Under the pieces are notes generated by a model. It saw only the letters and a list, made by a program, of their open reading frames with translations, was not told the DNA's origin and ran no database searches. Shown one piece after another: positions 17,996 through 27,468 of a stretch of 39,460 nucleotides of DNA. The DNA lies in contig JAQGDQ010000384.1 of the NCBI GenBank assembly GCA_030141605.1, positions 183,793 to 223,252 on the forward strand, written 5' to 3'. This DNA comes from Tubiluchus corallicola (Eukaryota; Animalia; Priapulida). Positions within the stretch are counted from its first letter, which is position 1. The number at the start of each line of letters is the position of its first letter. Both the position numbers and the translations under genes were made by a program.

Positions 17996-19078
17996 TTGAC
18001 TATATTTGCCTCTCAATGTAATTTAAAGTTGTATAGTTTGAAGCGGTTTAAACATAATACGGTAGCAGGAGTCAAAGATTTGCTGAACAAGGCAAAAAGA
18101 GTGGTATTACTTCCGCATATGAATGCTGATGGAGATGCAATAGGTTCTGGACTGGGACTCTGTGAGGCCTTAAAAAAGGTGGGCGTTTCCCCTGTAGTAA
18201 TATCTCCTACCAACTATCCAAACTTTCTTAAGTGGATGGACGGGACAGAAAATGTCCTATTTTTTGACAAAAATGAAGAAAAAGCTCTTAAGGTTATGAG
18301 TGAAGCAGATATAATCTTTCTGCTCGACTTTAATGACTTAAAGCGTTTAGGTAAAATGGCAAAGCATTTTATCGATAATAAGGCCGCCAAAGTACTAATA
18401 GACCACCACCCAAATCCGACTATTACTGCTGATTTCTCTCTTTCGTGTACAGATGCAAGCTCTACAGCCGAGCTAGTATTTGAGTTTTTGGAAGAAGCAG
18501 GCTTTGAAGATTATATTGATAAACGGGTTGCGGAGCCATTACTTGCAGGAATAATTACAGATACAGGGTCATTCAGCTATAATGCTTCATCTCCAAACCT
18601 GTACAGAATTGTGGGGAAACTGCTGAGAAAAGGTGCAGATAAGGATAAAGTGCACAGTGCTATTTATCACAATTTTTCTCCCCACAGAATGCGTCTATTG
18701 GGTTACTGTCTTGATAAAAAGATGAAAGTATTGCCCGAATATCATTCTGCATATATCTTGCTCACTAAAAAGGAGTTGATGCAGTATAAGTTCCAGGATG
18801 GAGACACAGAAGGGGTTGTAAACTTCCTTCTCTCCATCAAAGGTGTGATTTTTGTGGGCCTGTTAATAGAAAAGGACAGCAAGGTAAAAATATCATTTCG
18901 CTCTAAAGGGTGCTTCTCCTCAAACGCATTTTCAGGTAATCATTTTAATGGAGGAGGCCATGCAAATGCTGCAGGAGGTGAGTTTAGGGGGACAATGTCA
19001 GAGGCTGTAAGCAGATTTGAGGCTCTTTTACCACAATATAAAAAAGATCTGGAAGCTGCAGCGAGGGAATTTGCTTAA
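17996..19078 (+). CDS. nrnA: DHH-family nanoRNase/pAp phosphatase (true start probably ~18029-18060)
   Basis: HMNADGDAIGS, IDHH, TDTGSF, SFRSKG and GGGHANAAG. The TATATTTG -7 box at 18001-18008 argues for a later start. Confidence 0.92.
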   Translation: MTIFASQCNLKLYSLKRFKHNTVAGVKDLLNKAKRVVLLPHMNADGDAIGSGLGLCEALKKVGVSPVVISPTNYPNFLKWMDGTENVLFFDKNEEKALKVMSEADIIFLLDFNDLKRLGKMAKHFIDNKAAKVLIDHHPNPTITADFSLSCTDASSTAELVFEFLEEAGFEDYIDKRVAEPLLAGIITDTGSFSYNASSPNLYRIVGKLLRKGADKDKVHSAIYHNFSPHRMRLLGYCLDKKMKVLPEYHSAYILLTKKELMQYKFQDGDTEGVVNFLLSIKGVIFVGLLIEKDSKVKISFRSKGCFSSNAFSGNHFNGGGHANAAGGEFRGTMSEAVSRFEALLPQYKKDLEAAAREFA

Positions 19079-19170
19079 TGCCGGTTTTTTATTTTTGGAG
19101 CGGGAAGGATACTAAAATACTTGAAATGAAAGAATTTTGTTAATTTTGATAAATTTTGACTATTATACAG

Positions 19171-19731
19171 ATGAAAATAAGGCTTTCTGTTATTCTATTT
19201 ACTCTTGCCGCGCTTGGCCTTTATTCGTGTTCAAAATCCACCAGTCAACAGGCAAGGGAAAGGGAGACGAGGCTGCGAAGCATGTATTTAAGCAAGTATC
19301 ATCCTGATGAGGAGCCTACATCTTCAGGGCTCTATTATATAGAAGGGAAGGCGGGTTCTACAGACCCTAATGACTCTGTAGCTATTTTTGATGAGGTCTA
19401 CGTATATTATGAGGGGTATCTGATCGAAGAAGACGAAACTACAGGCATTGGTGATGGACACAATTTCGATAACACCGTGGGATATGAGTATCTTAAATCG
19501 GATGGGTATGAACCATTTAAGTTTATAGCAGGTATAGGGGCTACTGTCTCGGGATTTGATGAAGGTGTTTCCTATATGAGCGAGGGAGGAGAGGCTAAAT
19601 TTATTATACCCTCAAAACTGGGGTATGGCGGTAGTATAAGCACTGGTATCCCTGCATATTCGACATTGATTTTCTATGTTAAGCTTCACAAAGTACAAAA
19701 AGTGGATGAAGAAAAAGAGGTGATTGAGTAA
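19171..19731 (+). CDS. FKBP-type peptidyl-prolyl isomerase lipoprotein
   Basis: ATG at 19171; lipobox LYSC; TSSGLYY, VYYEGYL, GFDEG, IPSKLGYG and IPAYSTLIF. Confidence 0.9.
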   Translation: MKIRLSVILFTLAALGLYSCSKSTSQQARERETRLRSMYLSKYHPDEEPTSSGLYYIEGKAGSTDPNDSVAIFDEVYVYYEGYLIEEDETTGIGDGHNFDNTVGYEYLKSDGYEPFKFIAGIGATVSGFDEGVSYMSEGGEAKFIIPSKLGYGGSISTGIPAYSTLIFYVKLHKVQKVDEEKEVIE

Positions 19732-20437
19732 AAGAAGCAACAAATACCTGAGAACATAATCCATGCTTCTGTCCCGAATTATTTAGCAAAAATGTTCAAG
19801 AGTAAATAATCTTCTGTGTTGAAATATTAATTTGGGGAAAAACAAAACCCCGAAAGAGTACAAAATCATCCAACGTTGGGATTTAACCCTTAAATAAATT
19901 TATATGCTTAATATCAACTATATAGATTAACTCCTTGACGAATTATTGTATCCTAAATTTCGAAGGTTATTGTAACTTCCGTGCAAAACCTTGCAGATTA
20001 ATGATAGGAAAATCGCCAAATCAAAACCAGATGAACCTTACAAACTCTGCGAAATAGAAAAACTGCCTTTAACGGCTTGATCTTTTGCCTCTTTTGTATC
20101 AAGAATACACTACATCAAAAACAACTGTATAGTCGTCAACACGAACTGTACACTTTTTTAAGCCTCCAGAGGGATTTACTGTGTCTCATATCAAAATATT
20201 GGAAAGTGGCAGAACTAACAATAGTGGATTGTCAATACCTACATAATTTGGAGGGTAGCAAGTGAAAGAGCGAGTGCGAAATATTTATTATGCAACATAA
20301 GAAGGCTCGTTCAAAATGAGTCAGTCCCTTTATGTTTTACCGCACATAAGTGTAGGTTTTGACTCTAAACCAGAATCTTTATGAGGTAAATATTCTGAGT
20401 AAGGGTGAGAAAAATTATTAAAAAATACGCATTTCAA

Positions 20438-20563
20438 AACCTTTGTGAAGCAAAAGATCTTGGTTCAGATTGAGGAAAAACTTCAATGAAAAATCGCAGC
20501 TTACTGACCTGAATTAGGGTTTTGAAGAAAATATTAATAATAAAGATACATTTTGCAAAGGAT
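20438..20563 (+). repeat. Degenerate MITE-like repeat copy
   Basis: CCTTTGTGAAG...CTTGGTTCAGATTGAGGAAAAA...GAAAATATTAATAA...TTTGCAAAGG. Confidence 0.65.
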
Positions 20564-20604
20564 TAAGAGTATACAACTATTCAAAATTTAATACCTTTGC
20601 ATTC

Positions 20605-21006
20605 GCAGGCTGTTCTATCGCGCTTAAGTGATTTTCACTTGAGTGAGGAAAGTCCGGGCAACAAAGAGCGCCATGCTTCCTAACGGGAAGGTAGACTAAA
20701 GTCTAGCAGTAGCGTAACAGAAAATAACCGTCCATAATCTATGGATAAGGGTGAAAAGGCGGGGTAAGAGCCCACCGATATTTCGAGTGATCGAAATAGT
20801 CGTACGCCTCATGGGTTGCAAGGCCAAATATACCACGAGCCATGTTAATACCTGCGTTATCAGAGTACCTGTAAGCAAAGGTAGGGCAACAGGTGGCTCG
20901 CCTGTTTTTCGTGGAGGGTAGGCTGCTTGAGGCTGTTGGTGACAGCAGTCCAAGATAAATGATAGAAACCCGCTATGCGGGTACAGAATCCGGCTTATAG
21001 GCCTGC
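20605..21006 (+). ncRNA. rnpB: RNase P RNA (bacterial type A)
   Basis: GAGGAAAGTCCGGGC, CAGAAA, GGGTGAAA..GGTAAGAGCCCACC, GCAAG, AGATAAATGAT and ACAGAATCCGGCTTA; P1 GCAGGC/GCCTGC; TACCTTTG -7 box at 20592-20599. Confidence 0.96.
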
Positions 21007-21064
21007 TTTTTTATAACCTTAGCCATTGCATAATACTTAACTAACATGCTCCTCTAAAATCATT

Positions 21065-22609
21065 ATGAAACGATCTACTGAGGCCTTCACAAGACGAAAG
21101 ATTGTGGTTCAGAATAAGAAAAAATTCGATAAAAACCCGCTACCTACTGATATAAGTAAGGGTTTTGAAGAGTACTTTACCAAAAATACTAGTAAAAAGG
21201 CAAATTTTACAAAGGCCTTTGCTATAAGGCATATATGCATACTAGCTCTTACTTTAACAGTTATTCAGGGGAAATCCCAAACATCGCCGTATAGACCATC
21301 ATTTCAAGCCTCACTAAGCTCATACGTCAGCTCCGGTGATGATCTGCCATTCTGGGTGACATCAAATAAGAATGGAGTATTTACCGCACCCAACTCTACC
21401 TATCAGCTTGTGTCTATAGGTGCATCACGGGAACTTGAACAGGATGCTGGCAAAAGCTGGGGAGTTACCTATGGGCTGAACATGGTATATGGCAATGCAT
21501 CAAGATCTGACTTTCACATTAATGAAGCATGGGCAGGAATACGCTTTAAATGGTTGGTTCTACGCGGGGGAATGCAGGCTGAACCGACTAGATATGGGGG
21601 ATTATCATCCACAAATGGCAATATGGTCTTATCTAGTAATGCGCGCCCCATGCCTCGGATAGAACTGGCGTCGAACGGATATATCCCATTTTTTTTCTGG
21701 GAAAAATGGTTCTCATTAAAATTTGAATATGAAGAAAACTTCCTCATAGATGAGCGTCATGTAAAAAATGCTAAACTTCACCATAAAAACTTATACCTGC
21801 GAGCATATTTAGGTAATAATTGGCAAGCTATAGCAGGTGCTGATCTCTGGACATACTGGGGAGGAGACTCTCCTGAATATGGTAAACTACCTGGAATAGA
21901 AGATTATTTCCGTTACATTTTAGGGCGGGGGGGAAGCTCAAATGCGCCGGAAACAGATCAGCTAAATGTTGCAGGAAACTCGCTGGGGACATATGTATTT
22001 AAAATAAGCAAAACATATGGCAGCAAAGCCTTGACTTTCTATTACAACCATTTCTTTGAAGACCGTTCGGGAATGGAGTTCGTAAACTGGGCTGATGGCT
22101 TATGGGGTACCCATTTAAAATGGGAAAAACAGTCATTAGTAAATGAGATAGTCTGCGAATTTATGCACACAAAGCATCAGAGTGGAGAATACCATCTGCA
22201 TCCGGAATATGGAGGCAGAGGCTTAGATGACTACTTTAACCATAGTGTATATAAATCCGGGCATACGTATTACAGTAGAATGCTGGGGAGCCCTCTATTT
22301 ATACCTGCTATCAATGAAGACGGTATTTCAGTGGGCTTCAAAAACAACAGAATATGGATGTTGCACACAGGAGCAAAAGGGTACCTAAATAGAGATCTCA
22401 GGTGGGAATCCCTTTTCACCTTCTCCAAAAATTTTGGCACATACATCGACCCGCATAAAAACCCGCTAGACCAGATATCTCTCTATGCCAAATGTTCATA
22501 TATAGGCGAGAAGCTGCCTTTCGCTCTTCACCTGGGTGTTGCCGGAGATTATGGAAGCAACCTCGAAACACGAACAGGTGTCTTTGCCGGGATAAACTTT
22601 GATTTTTAA
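21065..22609 (+). CDS. Capsule assembly Wzi-family outer-membrane beta-barrel protein
   Basis: LPFWVTSNKNG, GLSSTNG, SSNARPMPRI, LHHK, DDYFNHSVY motifs and C-terminal Phe. Confidence 0.8.
   Translation: MKRSTEAFTRRKIVVQNKKKFDKNPLPTDISKGFEEYFTKNTSKKANFTKAFAIRHICILALTLTVIQGKSQTSPYRPSFQASLSSYVSSGDDLPFWVTSNKNGVFTAPNSTYQLVSIGASRELEQDAGKSWGVTYGLNMVYGNASRSDFHINEAWAGIRFKWLVLRGGMQAEPTRYGGLSSTNGNMVLSSNARPMPRIELASNGYIPFFFWEKWFSLKFEYEENFLIDERHVKNAKLHHKNLYLRAYLGNNWQAIAGADLWTYWGGDSPEYGKLPGIEDYFRYILGRGGSSNAPETDQLNVAGNSLGTYVFKISKTYGSKALTFYYNHFFEDRSGMEFVNWADGLWGTHLKWEKQSLVNEIVCEFMHTKHQSGEYHLHPEYGGRGLDDYFNHSVYKSGHTYYSRMLGSPLFIPAINEDGISVGFKNNRIWMLHTGAKGYLNRDLRWESLFTFSKNFGTYIDPHKNPLDQISLYAKCSYIGEKLPFALHLGVAGDYGSNLETRTGVFAGINFDF
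21080..21219 (+). repeat. MITE-like repeat inserted in frame in the Wzi-family signal peptide
   Basis: GAGGCCTTCACAA...GGTTCAGAATAAGAAAAA...TTTTACAAAGGCCTT lies between codons MKRST and AIRHICILAL. Confidence 0.65.
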
Positions 22610-23839
22610 CTACTCCCTTATATAAAGATTGGAGTCTCCATAGCTCAAAAACCGGTAACCATTATCCATGGCATGACTATACACTTTTCGCCAATCTTTG
22701 CCAATAAACGCGGATACAAGGAGCAAAAGAGTGCTTTGTGGCTGGTGAAAATTAGTAATTATTCCATTTACAATCCTAAACTCATAGCCGGGAACAATCA
22801 TTATTTGCGTAGTACTACTAAGTGCTTCCAGCCTGCTACGCTCCATATAAGAGTATAAAGCTTCCAAGGCTTCATCCGCTTTGGGAGCTCGGCCTGTGCT
22901 ACTATAAGGTTCCCACTGCGTTACATGCAGATCTGAAGGCTCTAACTCCGGAGTGTCAAGTACCTTTTTCCCCATCCAAAATAGGCTTTCTAAAGTGCGC
23001 ATAGAAGTGGTACCTGCTGCAACAACGCTCCCCTTATGCCTTAACAGCTTAGCAATAAAGCGCTTCTCAACCACTATATGCTCAACATGCATCTCATGCT
23101 CTCCCACCACATTTGACATAACAGGTCTAAAAGTAGCTGCCCCTATATGTAAAGTAAGCTCTGCAGTTTCAATACTCTTCGACCGAAAAGAACTAAAGAC
23201 ATCTTGTGTAAAATGCAGCCCGGCGGTAGGAGCCGCTACCGATCCTTTCACTTTTGAATAAACAGTTTGATAACGGGATGTATCACTCTCCTCCGACTTT
23301 CTATTCATATAGGGCGGAATGGGAACACTTCCCGATGCATCAAGTATATCTGCAAATGTGCTCTCAGCATCATCCCACGAAAATGTAACCAATATATCAC
23401 CTCCCACAGCCTCACCTCTCTCTACACTTAATAGTACATCTCTCCCTCCTGATTTAATACGCTTCTCCAACACACCTCCCTTCCACTTCCCAAGATTCCC
23501 CACGATGCACCTCCAGGCACATTTCCCTCGCTGCGCAAATGACAAGCCATACTCCCTGGGATAATAAGGTTCTAAACAAAAAACCTCAATTCGTGCACCT
23601 GTCTGTTTTTTAAACTCCAGCCGCGCCCTAATCACTTTTGTATTGTTGAAAACCAAGAGACTATTATTCGGCAAATAATCAGCAATACAGTGAAAAGATG
23701 TATCTTTAATCACACCACCTTTCCAGACCAACAGTCGCGCTCTGTCCCTTCTCTTCAGCGGGTACTTTGCAATTCTGTTATCCGGCAGATTGTAGCTATA
23801 ATCCTGAATTAGAATATTATGTATCTCTTCTGGGAGCAT
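22610..23839 (-). CDS. queA: S-adenosylmethionine:tRNA ribosyltransferase-isomerase
   Basis: FNNTKVIRARL, PIPPY, YQTVY, GSVAAPTAGLHFT, TNFHQPQSTL and YRFLSYGDS. Confidence 0.96.
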   Translation of the reverse strand: MLPEEIHNILIQDYSYNLPDNRIAKYPLKRRDRARLLVWKGGVIKDTSFHCIADYLPNNSLLVFNNTKVIRARLEFKKQTGARIEVFCLEPYYPREYGLSFAQRGKCAWRCIVGNLGKWKGGVLEKRIKSGGRDVLLSVERGEAVGGDILVTFSWDDAESTFADILDASGSVPIPPYMNRKSEESDTSRYQTVYSKVKGSVAAPTAGLHFTQDVFSSFRSKSIETAELTLHIGAATFRPVMSNVVGEHEMHVEHIVVEKRFIAKLLRHKGSVVAAGTTSMRTLESLFWMGKKVLDTPELEPSDLHVTQWEPYSSTGRAPKADEALEALYSYMERSRLEALSSTTQIMIVPGYEFRIVNGIITNFHQPQSTLLLLVSAFIGKDWRKVYSHAMDNGYRFLSYGDSNLYIRE

Positions 23840-23889
23840 TTATATTTGAACAAGAAACAAAAACCTTTGACAACTTAAAACCCTGTCAA

Positions 23890-24672
23890 TTAGATCTTTA
23901 CCACAGCAGCATCCTGCACCCAGCCCTTGTTACCATCTGCTATCTTTATCTCAACCCACTTCCCGATGCTATCTGTCAACTCCACTTTCAGCCCCTCATG
24001 AACAATAAACAGGCCTGTCCCGGTTTCGCTTGGTGAACTTTTTACAGTTACGCTTCTGGAAAAAATGATAGCATGATTCCGGATAGTCATTTTCTTCTTT
24101 TGCGACAACGCAAATGAAAATGATACTCCACTATACAGAAATGTTATCACAACAAATATAAAAGCCATCTTCTTTAAAAGCACTCTTCCTGAAAAGAGAA
24201 AAGTACCAAATAAAGCCAGCCCCAAAATAAAAGCGATCACACTCTGCCAGCCCCATTCATCTACCGAATGTAAGTTAACCATCTGCCGGTACCACTTTGC
24301 CACAAATATCTCCGGTAGCTTTTCAATATCATCCACAATATAAGCATTTACCAACTCCAGGTTATACAGAACATCCTTATCACCGGGCGCAAGCAAAAGC
24401 GCTCTCTCATAACTTAATATCGCCTTCGAAAACTCCCCCAACTTGTAATAAGAATTTCCTAAATTGAAATATATAACTGCAGATTCAACCCCTGCTGCCA
24501 AAGCAGCCTCGTAGACTTCAACTGCCTCAGCAAACTTATCCTCACCGTACAACTGAGACGCACTCTCTATTGCAAGCTTGTCTCCGTCCTGAGCAACAAG
24601 TAGCAGGCTTAACATAGCAGCCAGCAGCGTCATTGCATATTTTCGACCCGTATTTATCATTCGATATTCCAT
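23890..24672 (-). CDS. batE: BatE (TPR plus SH3b domain)
   Basis: TPRs (YFNLGNSYYK, YERAL), two TM helices, HEGLKV...GWV SH3 domain; operon position. Confidence 0.88.
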   Translation of the reverse strand: MEYRMINTGRKYAMTLLAAMLSLLLVAQDGDKLAIESASQLYGEDKFAEAVEVYEAALAAGVESAVIYFNLGNSYYKLGEFSKAILSYERALLLAPGDKDVLYNLELVNAYIVDDIEKLPEIFVAKWYRQMVNLHSVDEWGWQSVIAFILGLALFGTFLFSGRVLLKKMAFIFVVITFLYSGVSFSFALSQKKKMTIRNHAIIFSRSVTVKSSPSETGTGLFIVHEGLKVELTDSIGKWVEIKIADGNKGWVQDAAVVKI

Positions 24673-24709
24673 AACCCCTAATCTTTAAAAACTTCAAAAG
24701 TCAAAAATA

Positions 24710-26518
24710 TTACCCAATTTCTCTCTCCATTTTATTCATCACCTCACTTGCATCCTCATACACACCACCCATCTGTTCTACACTTCCGCTCGGGGCAAAC
24801 CTGGCAAACTCACACGCATCCAATACCTTCATAAACCCAGCAATTAACTCCCTAGACACTCCTCTCTCGCTCAGCACCTCAGATGCCCTCTCACGATTTA
24901 ACTCCGAAACAGGAATGGTCAATTTATCACTAAGATACCCCCAAAACGCACGCATTACCGACTCGTAAAAACTCTCCGGCTCTCTCTTGCTGAGATGCTC
25001 CTTTGCCCCTCTGAGGTGCTTCTTGGCAACCCTAGCAGCCTTCCGGTTCCTATGCTTTGCAATGTTGGCTCTCTCCTTTATTCGCTTCCTATTCAGAAAA
25101 TAAATAAACAGTAGTAAAAACAGTCCCCCTAAATGTATAAGATAATATCTCAGTGACCCGAAAAAGATATACCCTTTTACATACAACTTCCCTGTCCCTT
25201 GCTTAATATATCTTATATCCTTACCTATAAACCTTACACTCTCTCTCGATACAGACTGTATCATTCCAGAAGAATGTTCTCCCTCGCCTTTTTCAACATG
25301 CAGAGCAAATGAAGAAGACTTTTTGGTTACATACTTTGCCAATGAAGGATTGAAGTAGGTAAACTCTACTGGGGGTATTGCATAATCCCCGGCATACCTT
25401 GGTAAAAACAGATGCTCAAAAGTTATGCTGCCTTTTAACCCCTCCTCTGAAGCCTTATAGTCAGATGCTGTTTTGGGATCGTAAGCCTCAAAATCAGGAG
25501 GAAGGTTAACCTTTGGCCCATTTATAAGTTTAATATTACCATTCCCGGTAATTTTAAACTTCAGCGTTATCGCATCGTTCTCTTTAACATTGGTATCACT
25601 TATAGATGCCGTAAAGCTAAAATCTCCTACCCCTCCGGAAAAGCCGGCAGGGGGTGTTGGATGCGGCTTAACTTTTACGCTCGCAGGAGGGCTCAACGCT
25701 GTCACTCTAACAGTGGAATATGAGTTAAAGAAATCATCAAAAAAGTTTCTGGAGCGGTGACTAACTCGTTGCCTAACAAAACACTCAATCTCGGCAGGCT
25801 CTATCTTTATCTCTCCCGAGTGCTGCGGAAATAAAACAGCTTTTTTTAGTACTCCGACATTGTATATCTCTCCATTATAAGCCTCCCTTTGCAAAGATAT
25901 CTGCTGAGGAGTCTCAATATCCTGCAGCCAGAAACCCTCAAAACTTGGCAATTTTATATTTCCAAGCCTGGTAAGTTCCACTTTTGAAAATATTTTAATA
26001 GTTGCCACAATATGTTCTCCCTTAAACACACTCTTCTTGTTTAAAAAAACCTTCACAAACAGATCTTCTTTACTAATAACCCCTGACTGGACAGCAGGCT
26101 CATTAACTCCACCTCCCGAAGGCTTTGAAGACCCCTTTACAACTTCCAGAGTAACAGGGTTCGAGGTATATCTTTCCCCTCCCACCTTTATGCTCGCCGA
26201 CCCTATTGTGTACACCCCCTCTTTTTTCGCCTGCAAAACATACGAATAAGAAGAGGTAACATTCTTTTTACTATTCCCGTTAATAAACTCTACCGATACA
26301 CTTTGAGTAGTTGACGGCCCCATCAGTAGATTAAAATCAGACAACTCAGGCAGACTAACCTCCTCCCCCTCACCATTTAAGGTCAGCGTTAAACGAAACT
26401 GTTCACCCAGCTCCACCAACTTTGGGGCAGACATCCTAAAATCAACCTGTGTAGCCAGCGCAGGCATAACCCCCAAAAGGGATATAATCCCCAAAAATAT
26501 CAATCTGTTTTTTCTCAT
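24710..26518 (-). CDS. batD: BatD
   Basis: Signal peptide, GPS..S, FEGFW, LFPQHSG, GVGDF, GNGNI motifs, C-terminal TM and CEFARFAP. Confidence 0.9.
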   Translation of the reverse strand: MRKNRLIFLGIISLLGVMPALATQVDFRMSAPKLVELGEQFRLTLTLNGEGEEVSLPELSDFNLLMGPSTTQSVSVEFINGNSKKNVTSSYSYVLQAKKEGVYTIGSASIKVGGERYTSNPVTLEVVKGSSKPSGGGVNEPAVQSGVISKEDLFVKVFLNKKSVFKGEHIVATIKIFSKVELTRLGNIKLPSFEGFWLQDIETPQQISLQREAYNGEIYNVGVLKKAVLFPQHSGEIKIEPAEIECFVRQRVSHRSRNFFDDFFNSYSTVRVTALSPPASVKVKPHPTPPAGFSGGVGDFSFTASISDTNVKENDAITLKFKITGNGNIKLINGPKVNLPPDFEAYDPKTASDYKASEEGLKGSITFEHLFLPRYAGDYAIPPVEFTYFNPSLAKYVTKKSSSFALHVEKGEGEHSSGMIQSVSRESVRFIGKDIRYIKQGTGKLYVKGYIFFGSLRYYLIHLGGLFLLLFIYFLNRKRIKERANIAKHRNRKAARVAKKHLRGAKEHLSKREPESFYESVMRAFWGYLSDKLTIPVSELNRERASEVLSERGVSRELIAGFMKVLDACEFARFAPSGSVEQMGGVYEDASEVMNKMEREIG

Positions 26519-26634
26519 TTATATGATTATAGTACGAATCATAGCTCCTCAAGATTTTCTCCTCAAAAATAGTGCAATTTTGAAGCGTAATCTTTATAAA
26601 TGCTAAATTATGCACATCAAAAGGCGTACCAACC

Positions 26635-27468
26635 CTACCAGTCCTTCTCCACTCTTACCTTTTTTGCTTGCTCGGCCTGCATCTTCTTTACCCTCTCCTG
26701 TGTCTCTTTTTCATCATTCTCAAGCATCTGTAATAAACGCTCCGCAGTTTCTCTATCTATCTTATTTTGGTCCTGATTTTGGTCCTGATTCTGGTCCTGA
26801 TCCTGGTTCTGATCCTGGTTCTGATCCTGATTCTGATCCTGATTCTGGTCCTGGTCCTGGTTCTGATCCTGATCTTGATCCTGATCCTGGTCCTGATCCT
26901 GGTCTTGATCCTGGTCTTGATCCTGGTTCTGATCCTGGTTCTGATCCTGGTTCTGATCCTGGTTCTGATCCTGATCCTGATCTTCCTGCTGCTGCTTCAT
27001 CTTTTGAGCATATGCAAGATTATACTTGGTTTCAATATCTCCCGGATTTAGTCGCAATGCCTCTTTATACGCATCGATGCTCTCATCTATCTTTTCCTGC
27101 GCCAATAATGAATTACCCATATTATGATACACCATCGCCTTTTCACTTGGTTTATCAGTTTGCTCTGCAAGCCTTTCAAAAGCACTTGCTGCCTGCTGAG
27201 GCTTAGCCTGTTTATACAAAGCACCAGCTAAGTTAAATTGCCATTGAAAATTATCAGGCTTCTGTTGTAACGCCCGCCTGTATGCCACTTCTGCCTCCCC
27301 AAACTTAATAGTATCAAGAGCTACTGTATCTTTTAACCCTTCATTGTACAGCTTATTCCCATGACGCACAAACCGCCTCTCCTTCTGTGCAGACGCGGCA
27401 AGCGATGAGCCCAATACCAAAAAAATAACTACTAGCTGCTTCATAACTATCATTTCAGTGTGTACCAA
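26635..27468 (-). CDS. batC: BatC (TPR plus Q/D/N low-complexity linker)
   Basis: YHNMGN, YKEALRLNP, ETKYNLAYA, AERLL and C-terminal EKDW. Confidence 0.9.
   Translation of the reverse strand: MVHTEMIVMKQLVVIFLVLGSSLAASAQKERRFVRHGNKLYNEGLKDTVALDTIKFGEAEVAYRRALQQKPDNFQWQFNLAGALYKQAKPQQAASAFERLAEQTDKPSEKAMVYHNMGNSLLAQEKIDESIDAYKEALRLNPGDIETKYNLAYAQKMKQQQEDQDQDQNQDQNQDQNQDQNQDQDQDQDQDQDQDQDQDQDQNQDQDQNQDQNQDQNQDQNQDQDQNQDQNQDQNKIDRETAERLLQMLENDEKETQERVKKMQAEQAKKVRVEKDW
26764..26983. repeat. Hexanucleotide tandem repeat encoding (QD/QN)n
   Basis: About 36 units of CTGATC/CTGGTC/CTGGTT/CTGATT. Confidence 0.95.

Noticed and set aside
20270-20298. dif-like sequence GAGTGCGAAATATTTATTATGCAACAT
   Set aside because: Arm spacing and the XerD arm (TTATGTTAAAT) do not fit well enough to call.
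20696-20953. 85-aa minus-strand ORF
   Set aside because: Lies antisense to the RNase P RNA.
26764-26983. Possible CRISPR array
   Set aside because: Contiguous 6-bp units with no unique spacers and no cas genes nearby.
26610-27206. Plus-strand ORFs with PDPG/PDSG repeats (26610-27206) and poly-VLIL (26767-27051)
   Set aside because: Antisense shadows of the batC hexamer repeat, which lacks stop codons in those frames.
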